A stretch of DNA of 62,332 nucleotides, counting the filler, from Nemertoderma westbladi (Eukaryota > Animalia > Xenacoelomorpha): assembly GCA_032718475.1 (NCBI GenBank). It is 3 parts of 3 records of this genome, joined end to end, with 100 filler letters (N's around TTAATTAATTAA, not from the genome) between each part and the next. Parts side by side here need not be neighbours in the genome. Positions count along the whole stretch, not along the records: positions 34,264 to 62,332 come from JAUCBJ010002702.1; 2 more parts are not named here. One strand, written 5' to 3'. The notes beneath the pieces were generated by a model. It searched no databases. It saw only the letters and a list, made by a program, of their open reading frames with translations, and was not told the origin of the DNA. Both the position numbers and the translations under genes were made by a program. Positions 47,601-57,100 of the stretch are shown in pieces; the first letter of the stretch is position 1, and the number at the start of each line of letters is the position of its first letter.

Positions 47601-50042
47601 CCAGGGCGACGGCAATCTCCCGGGGTTCGACCCCACTGACTGACTAACTCCATCTCTACTACCGACGGCTCGCTATCCATCCTCGCTCTCCGGTTGCTCC
47701 TAGCAACGACTCTTCTATTATCTTCACTTCTTCTCTCTTCGACCTCTCGGTTAAACTCTACTAATCTTCTTCTCTCTTCGACCTCTCGGTTAAACTCTAC
47801 TAATCTTCTTCTCTCTTCTGACTGGGCTCGACGTCTCGTCGCTCGCCCGTTCTCGGCGCTAACATCTGACTCTACTCTGTCCGGCTGGACCCTCCTGGGG
47901 ATACTCACCATCCCCCTACTATTCTCCGTCGTCGGGTGCCGTGGTTCACCTAGCTTGCCCCGCGCAATATCCGCCGACGCCTGTGGGACATTCTCTGCCC
48001 CCCCCCCCCCCCCTCTCGCTACTAATCTCTCTTGGTGGGGCGCCTGTAGCCCCCCCCCCCCCCACCCGCCACTTCTAACTTCACTATCTCTTACTACACT
48101 TCTGCGTCCCTCTTGTCGGACATTCTCTACCCCCCCTCTCTCGCCACTAATCTTCCGTGGTGGGGCGCCCGTAGCCCCCCCCCCCCCCACCCGCTACTTC
48201 TAACTTCACTATCTCTTACTTCACTTCTATGCCCCTCTTGTAGGGCATTCTCTGCCCCCCCCCCCTCTCCCACCACTAATCTTCCGTGGTGGGGCGCCCG
48301 TAGCACCCCCCCCCCCCCACTCGCCACTTCTAACTTCACTATCTCTTACTTTACTTCTACACCCCTCTCTAGTCGACGCACTGTCTCTACTACGGCAGCC
48401 TACCAGGCCCTCATTGGGGTTTCTCGCCCCCGCTACTCTCTGCGCACTAACTGCGTTGCCTTGCAGGCTACCGTTGGCCGGACCATCTGTGCCTACATTA
48501 GTATTAATAGCCCCATTATCAATATTATTATTTAAATTATTTAAATTAGAATTATTATTATTTCCTAAATTTAAATTATTCGAATTATTTTCTGTATTTG
48601 AATTTAAATTATTATTTAGATTATTTTGAATATTTGAATTAGAATTATTATTTGAATTATTTGTATTTAAATCACCGGGTAAAATATTTTCTGTGATAAA
48701 GGGATTAGGGTTATCTCCTACGGTACTATTAATATTAATTACTTCTAACGTATTATTATTACACCCCCCCCCCCCCCCCCCGCCCGTATGGCTACACCAG
48801 TTCTGGTTCTGTCGCCCGGTGCCTGTAAGTGGGGTATTAACAAACGCTTTCACTACATCTGGCTCCTCGTAAACACTACCCGAGCCAGCCTCGCTCTCTG
48901 ACAGCCCCAACTGCGCCAGTTCTAGTCGGCGTTTCTGTTTGGCTTGATATTGCATAAGCCCCCTTAGGCGGGCATGCAAATCATCCCGCTCACGCTTTGC
49001 CTCTATCTCTCTCTCTCTGTCCTCTCGTAAACTTTGCTCGACCAACTCTGCCTCTCTCGCAACCATCTCAAGCCGCCTCGCCGGCTCGCTCTCTACTCTC
49101 ATCTCCTGCTCTCTACGCTCCTCGGCTCTCTCTCTATACTCCCTTGCAAACTCTCTTTCTCTCTCCAGCAATGCGGTTTCCTCACTCAGTCGCCTCTCTA
49201 ACTCTTTCTGGTCTAGCGCCGCAATTCTCAATCGACATGTCAGATTTATTTCTAACACCCTTCTTTCATTCGCGGAGGATGTAGCGGACTTATGGGTTGT
49301 GATGGACTCCCGTCGCCCCTCCGTCCTACTAACTTTCCCCTGCTTTCCTGGGTTCTCACTAACCGACGAGACCGAATCCTCGGAGTTAACCTCGGATTCG
49401 CCCTCGTGCGGTCCCGCCCAACCCACTAACTTAACTCCCACGGGCATCGACTAAGTATGGCCCTATGTACACTACACCAGGCTCCATACCCCTACATTCC
49501 CACAGTTCAAACAGTTCGGTGGCGACCCCTCTTGCTCTCTCATTGGCTAGTTCTCCCTGCCCAAAGCGCACCAGATAATCAAAATGTTTATTCGACTCAC
49601 CTAGCCGCTTCTCTAGCTTCACCTGATCTAGTTTTGCTCCCTCCTTAGCTTCCTTTATCTGCTTCCTCGTCGCGTTGTAGGCCCGCCGGAGCCGGTCGCT
49701 AACTCCGACGTCCTCATCGCCGACATCCCCTCTTTCTCTCCGTGTTCGGCGTCGTACCGGCAGCCCCACCGCCGCCGTTCCGATGGGCCGTCCGTCGCCC
49801 TCGGCCTGTGGCTGGCCGGCGACATCGGTACGTCGACCGCCATCGTGCGTCGACTCGTCTCTCCCTTCTCTCTGTTCGCTTGTCCCTCTTTCTGGTAGAC
49901 GGCCGCCCTCCGCTTGGGCTACCGGATCGTTCGGGGTTGACGAGTCCGGCGTCCTGGGTCGATACCGTCGCGTCGCGGCCTCGCGGATCGTTAGGTTGTC
50001 GTCCGGGGTCCGCGGCGGTGTCCTCTCTCCCTCTTGGCTCAT
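44632..50042 (-). pseudogene. Element D gag-protease, split into five ORFs
   Basis: ORF 45503-47428: LPPVEPFKFDG, L.YL..YTGG.A, A..AL...YG.P capsid pattern, CHRCVVEGHRSGEC knuckle, MLVDSGA protease; ORF 44632: IVGMD...TPFGWTLSGP. Confidence 0.82.
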
Positions 50043-50198
50043 CTTTGACTTTCTGGTGGCTGGCAGTCACAGTTTGCAGTGGTTCCCTTAGATCTTTGCA
50101 CTCGGTAACTTTAGTACTAGGCCAGTAGGCGATTTTAAGACTGTGACGGGATCAGAGGATCCCGACCAGTTTGGTTTATGTACGCATCAGCCGCACCA

Positions 50199-50720
50199 TG
50201 TGATGGAAAAAGATAAGAGTTTGTGTTGTTCCAATGTTGTTGATAACAAGATATATGTATAATATAGGTGATAGTAGATAGCACAGTTAACCAGTAATAA
50301 TGTGGTAACTAATTGGTGACGGCGGTAACGGTCTTAAAATGTCACCGTACTGCCATGACTGAGTGACTGAGTAAACTGAACTGAACTAAACTAAACACCA
50401 ACCGGTAATATACTGCTCTAGGTTGGCCGTATTACTCAGCTGATGCCCTGCTGTCCCCCCATTGGCCGACAACCTGATTCTCGCCTTTACCTTTGCAGGA
50501 GTGTTTCCCCCCCCCCCCCCCCCCGCTGCTGTTACTTTCCTTCTCCCCGGAGGCTTAACCTCTGACCCCCATTGTGTGCGGCCCTTTGGGGTTTGTCATC
50601 CCCGTTTATTGGGGGTGATACGAGGTTGGTTGGTAATCAACCTCGTACTCCCCAATATTGCTTAAAGGCGCTCTTTCCCACTTTATGGGGGTTGGTGAGG
50701 CGGAATTGAATCCGCTCACA
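50199..50720 (-). repeat. Element D 5' LTR (522 bp)
   Basis: TGTGA/TCACA inverted ends; PBS adjacent. Confidence 0.92.
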
Positions 50721-50792
50721 TATTGCTGCTAACCACTACTAGGATCGGCATGCTGCATTGCAGCTGCATTTTTAAGAATCCTGTGCCGGCTT

Positions 50793-51412
50793 TGTAAAAG
50801 CTTTTGCGTAATTAGCCGGTTATTATCCCCGTAAAGTACTCTGTGGTTGGTTTACCAGGCATAAAAGGCCGTGTCCTTGCTGTACTGGTGTTTTAGAGGA
50901 CATAAAAGCCATTTCTTCTGTATTTGTACTTTAGAGGACATAATCCGCAATTTCGTGACGCAAAAAGCTCGATACTCTTGAAAACAGTGTCGCTACCATG
51001 ACGACGGCTAACAGCTGATATTGCCACGTCGACATTTCTTTGTTTCTTTGTTCTCTCGTTGTTCGGTCGACCAATCAGAGCGTTTTTTGTCTCTGTGTTG
51101 GAGGTGGATACAGAAACTCAGGAATTCAGTGTTATGTTTTTGCCCAGAGCCTAAGAACACCGGCCTTTGGCACCTCCGTGTTTCAGTCTTTAGTCTTACA
51201 TTAGTAGGCTTAATTATAGAACGTATATCTGTTATCAATGCAATTCATATCTCAATGCTTACTAAACATATCATGCATATCTTACTTAACATTACTGCTT
51301 TTGCTGTCGGTTATTCATTATATTTGTTGATGGAAGATTATATTTGGAATACTGATCAATAGTCAGACACCCAACCTTCTTGATATACTAAAGGTTAGAG
51401 AGACCGGTTACA
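50793..51412 (+). repeat. Putative 5' LTR of copy C
   Basis: TGTAA...TTACA; matches 10931-10300. Confidence 0.6.
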
Positions 51413-52239
51413 GATAAACGATTGCGACTTATGTTAAGTGGTGTGAAGTGAATCTAATGCTATTTTATAGGCCCTACATGTATTGTCTGTTATTCTCTTT
51501 GTATGTGACTAAAATTAGTGAAGGTCGGCAGATTGGTGTGCAGCATTGTGCAGCATTGTGTATGATTGTGACTGATAACAAAGCATCTCCTAAAGAATGC
51601 GCCATATACGTGAATCTATAGCCATCTCATTGCGTCTAGTTTAAGTCATAACTCTGTTTACATATTTAGAGCGCCACGTCCTAAAGGAACTGTTAATATT
51701 TCCCGAAAGTGAATAATATTTGTCAGAGATTATATATTACGATCAGTCGAATAATACGGTAGGCTTACACCATCAATCATTAAGCTCCGAACTCAGTCTC
51801 CCGGGTATATCCAACGGGTGAATGATTGCGCATAGACTGGCTTTGGCTAATGTAGTGTATCAAATACTCGTCATAGGCTAAAGACTATATATCATCTAAA
51901 AGACATCCTAATTTGGCAGGTTAAACTGTCAAAGGTCTTAAAAGCGCAAACAATAACAGATATTGCTTCTGGATTGCGGTGTAAGCAATCTAGTCGAAAG
52001 TACCGGTTGACCGGTAACCAGTAGGCCTGACTGCCTGATCATCCGGACCGGTACTTACTTACAGTACAGGTACAGCAGTATTATTCGATTGTGGTATTGT
52101 ATACCGGTAGGCTGTTTAAGAGATTAGGGACTGTACGCCCCTTGTTTCTTTTGGAGCTTACTTATTTCTGTCAGTTTTATTTATTTGTAGGCCAGTATTG
52201 AGCAGAAGGCGTGTAAGCCTGCTCAGATTGTACAGATAA

Positions 52240-52745
52240 TTTGTAGGCTTGATGGTTGGCTAACTGTTGATTAGGTCTGAACGGATTGCAGTGCATGTAG
52301 AGTGTATGTCCGATAAAGAACGGTTAGGAAGTAGGGGCAGCCATAGCTGTAAGGTAAACCCCCATCTAAAGAATAAGTCGTACTACTGGGTTAGAACGCA
52401 TACTACTTAACCATTTCGGAGTCTGCATGTCCTGTGGTTTATTTAGGCCTGATAGGAGTCCGCCAGCGTTTGGTCTGTACTTTGTTTGTGTAGTCTGTAC
52501 GGGTAGCGTATAATTTTATTTAGATAATTTGTAGGCTGGATAGTTGTCTGGCTGTTGTTGGGTTTGAGTAAATTTCGGTGTGTGTAGAGTGTATGTCCGA
52601 TAAAGAACGGTTAGGAAGTAGGGGCAGCCATAGCTGTTACGTAAACCCCCATCTAAAGAATAAGTCGTACTACTGGGTTAGAACGCATACTACTTAACCA
52701 TTTCGGAGTCTGCATATACCGTAGTTTGTTTAGGCTTGATAGTAG
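52240..52745 (+). repeat. ~300-bp tandem duplication in the family leader (also in A ~4300-4800 and B ~8965-9470)
   Basis: GTAGAGTGTATGTCCGATAAAGAACGG...CATTTCGGAGTCTGCAT occurs twice. Confidence 0.85.
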
Positions 52746-54138
52746 TCTGTCAGTATTTGGTCTGCATTTTGTTTGAGTAGTTTGTACGCGTAGCGTAATA
52801 TTTATTATTCAGAGTTTATGCTATTATTCGCAACATTCATATCCCCAAGTTTGTTCCTACAGTAATTGTGTTTGTTATACATACCGTTATAGTTAAACTA
52901 ACCCCGGTACTACATCAGGGCTGCTCGGCGTAGGTAAAGACTGGAGATTTTGTGCTTTGGTCACTCCGGCAGATACTGTGGTTCTTTTAGCTGTTCAAGT
53001 ATATTTAACTACTGATTATCTGTTGTACAAGTACTCGTACCTAATTTAGGGTTTAGTGTACAGTGCTTTCCGAAAGTAATTAGTGTGTAGGCAGTATATT
53101 TGTGTTGTAAAGTGGTTGATAGGCACGTTCGTTAGCTCTATTAACTTCTAGGTAGGAACACTCCGTGATACATAACGTAGTACCTATAGCGATACGGCTA
53201 TAGGTCGTCAGGCGGTGGTATTTTCCTATCTGGACAGCGCAATATATTCACTACTACTTATTATTTTCAAATACCGTAGTACCCTGTCCGTTGTAACAAC
53301 CAGAATTCTAACCCTTTGTTAGGCTGGTTTGTAGACTTCCTGTGAAATTACTCTAAAATTTCGTACGTAATATTTTATTGTGTTCAATAAGAGATTTAAT
53401 CTCACCCGTGTCTTATCGTAAGTAATTTGTAGATAAGTAACTTAGAAAGTAGAATTATTTGTTTTAAGTGTCCTATAAGTAGCACTTCACTGAAAGCGCA
53501 CCGATTTGTGTAGTGATTACTCCCCAGAAATAATAACATTTATTTCAAACATTGACAAAACCCATTTAAACGGGTATATATATATATTATAAATCAACTC
53601 AAATGATTTATAAATAGTAGGCCTGCCATACAACAATTAGGTCTCAATATCAGTTGGACTATTGCTCAAGTAACGGTAATAGAGTAAGAAAAGTAACTAA
53701 GTAACCTAAGTAACTCTTAAAATTCAGAAATTCAATTATTTAAAATAATTGACATACCGGTATTTGCAATAGGCTTATTATATTTATTTCTATAAATTTA
53801 AGCTGAAATCATACCGGTACTCTGTAATTAATTCTAGTCCAGAATTATACTTATATATACTATAAGTGTAAGCTGTATACCGGTATTCCCGATAGGCCTA
53901 TTATATATTTATATATATTTGTGCTAAAATTATATACCGATATTCTGTGATAAACCTAGTCTGTAATAATACTTATATATATACTATAAGCATACCGGTA
54001 TTCTAATATATTATATATGTATCGCGCTACACTGAGTAGCAGTATCGGTAATTAATTACTAGGCTAACAGTTAATACTGAATTACTAGACTTGCTTAGGC
54101 TGTAATATAGCAGTAGGCATCCAACTGTACAAACAAAC

Positions 54139-57100
54139 ATGTCTGACACAAGGCAAACTCTGTCAGATAGTCTCCTAGAAACAACAGTCTGTTTCTCAGA
54201 TAGGAGTATAGAGAATCCCAGACCGAGGTCTGAAACCCCTCCTACTGTAAGAAAGACAACCCCTACAGTAGCTGTGTCAGAACCTAGGTTAGTAGAAGCA
54301 ATTTCGCAATTCGCGAAGTTAGTGAAGCGCCGTAGGTCTATCATAGGCACTCGAGCTCAGGTCAAGCGGGACCAAGAAGCAGCGGAACAGCAACAACCCG
54401 CGAGCCAAGAACTTATTTCTCAGCGGCCCAACAGCTCCAGTAGTGAGGATACTGTAGAGTTGACACCCGAGCGCGGAGCAAGGATGACGGATGCGGTTTA
54501 TTCGGATCCCCTTCTCATCCTTCCTGCAGCCGTACTCACTAGGTTATTGATCGCTGTGGAAGAACACCAGATCGATTGGGCGAGAAGTAAGCGATCAACT
54601 AAAGATAGTTATGAGGGATACACAAGGGAAGAACTGAAGTCTATGGTCGAGTCGCAATGGAACTTCCCCGGACCCGGACTCCCGTTTGATTTATCAGAAG
54701 CTGCCTGGGAAGACATACACCGGATGGGAGTAGCCAAGGAAACCATCAATCCAGCTGTGTGGAAGAGGTCCGCAGCCGGATACGCACAGGGATTCTTCAG
54801 CTCTATGGAGCGAGTAAAAGAACAACTGTTTCAACAACCTCAAGGACCTCAAGAGCAGGGACAACTGCTTTATCAAGTTAGAGAAAGAATTCTGCGAATT
54901 AGGCTAATCTTATCGGCCTTCGAGGAGGCTTCTAAAAGAAGACAAGACACGTCGTTGCAAGTTGCCGTAAAGACTTGGTTTCAACGGGTGAGTCGCCAGG
55001 TTCAAGGAACAGCTCAGTGGAAAGCTCAGCTGGAGGAGCGCTCAACCCATGGAGAATCAACAGACGCTACTTTTTCCCAAGTGGAAAGTGAAGCGACGGC
55101 AGAGAAACCGCATAAGAGGGATGCCATTGACATCTATCTGTCAGACTATCAACGTTTTTTAGGTGATGAAGAGTTGAGGAGAAGGTTAGAGGGGCTTAGC
55201 CCTAATAGTGAAGGAGCCCAGCGTGTGTTGGACGCAATCGATGTGGATAGGTTAGCTGCGAACCAAGCTAAATTCAATGAAAGCATCCGCATCGCTAAGG
55301 TTCAAGAAGAACAAGTAAAGAAAAAACGTATAGAAGATAGAAAGAAAGCGGCAGAGGCAGCGGCAGAGACAAAAGCGGCAGCGGCAGAGGCAAAAGCGGC
55401 AGCTGCAGCAGTAGAAGCCGAACGAAAGGCGGCCGAAGCGGAAAGAAAGGTGGCAGCTGCAGCAGTAGAAGCCGAAAGAAAGGCGGCCGAAGCGGAAAGA
55501 AAAATAGCAGTGGCAGAAGCAGAACGGAGGGCATCTGAAGAGACAACCCAACTAGAGTTGAAAAATCTTCAAGAGAGACAAGACAACTTTAATAAACAGT
55601 TAACAGCTAGTAATATGCAGATGATGAATCGATCTACTCCCAAAAGACAAGGTTATACATCATCTGAGGAAGGCGATACCACCGATACTGAAGGCAAGGG
55701 AAGTAGATCTCGTCTAAGCAGACGTAAAAGAACATCCCACCGTCAGAAATTGCCTGATTTGCCTCCAGCTGTTAGAAGGCAACTAAATAACACCAGCTTA
55801 GGTAGTACAGAACCCACAGACCAAATAATTAAAATAGAAAGACTCCCTACTATAGTAGATGAGCCTGAAATAATTAGGCCTGTTCTTGAAATCACCCCTT
55901 CGGTGATAGACACACCTGTGCTCCCTGAAGCTACCTCTAAATTCCCTCTGCACAGCACTAAGCTACCTGTGCCCAGTAGAACAGCCCATGAGACAGTGCA
56001 GGTCCTGGACCCCGAGCGAAATATTCATGATTTGTCGCCCGTTGTCCCTCGTCCGCCCGCTACAACGTTGGCGACTCCCGTTTCGGCGGTCGAATGGGTG
56101 GACGAGAGACGGCGGGGGATGGATCTCCTGCTCGGGCAGATGCAGGAGACTGTTCAGCAATTCAAGGGCACAGTAAGGGAAAGTAGGCTAGAGTTGCAAG
56201 AAGTGCAGCAAAGTATCGCGCTAGAACGCGATAAATTAGTAAATACACAAAGGGGTATACCACCACCCCCTGTAACAATGTGTCAACCCGTTAGGTCTGA
56301 AGTATCCCATGCGCAAGGTGTGGAGCCTACACGCATCTATACTGCTAGCGAAGTAGAAACTCCTATAGTAAACCCTATTAAGGGTAATTATAAACCTGTT
56401 GATAATGATATCTCATCTAGACTTGATAATAATCCGAGAAACTTATATACCGATAATTCTCTATTCAATAATACGATGGCTCAAGAAAGTTTTACACGCC
56501 AAATGGCTAGAACCGAAGCCCGACAAGCGGTAAAGGTTGGAGAGATCGTCAAGTTCAATGGAGATGAGATGAAATGGTTACCTTTTAATGAATATTACAA
56601 AGATAACATACAGAACTCTGTACTATCTAACGGAGAGAAACTTAGATTCCTCATCGAATGTTTGGAAGGACCTCCCAAGTCAATGGCGTTAAAATTTATT
56701 GGACATCCAGATGGATTAAGACAAGTTTGGGATACACTAAACATCAGGTATGGTAATAGGACTAACATAGCTAGGTATTTATATGCGAAATTAATGGCGC
56801 CCCGAAAGTTTCTTAGCAGCGGGATTATAGAGTTTTCCGATGAGATTCAGGAGATCTGTAGACAACTAGATTGGTTAGGTAAGTCTCATGAATACCAGAA
56901 TTCTATGGTTGTAGGAGCCTTAGCATCTACTTTGCCCAAGGGTGGAGTAGGTACACGCTGGGACAAGAAGGTGTTATATATGATGGAACAACAACAACGA
57001 GACCCTACCATGGCTGATCTCATGTCATTCTTAGATAGCGAGGTGAAATTACAGCTCATAAAGCAGTCCAGAGAGAAGACAGCGGAAAGTAAGGTAAGTG

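Larger units (their letters stand above)
42976..50720 (-). mobile_element. BEL/Pao element D, gag + protease only
   Basis: 5' LTR 50720-50199 (TGTGA...TCACA); PBS TGGTGCGGCTG; PPT GGGGGGGAG before the 3' LTR at 43323; no RT or integrase motifs. Confidence 0.88.

Noticed and set aside
47100-48790. Programmed frameshifting in element D
   Set aside because: Several breaks lie near long poly-C tracts and internal repeats; sequencing error or decay is simpler
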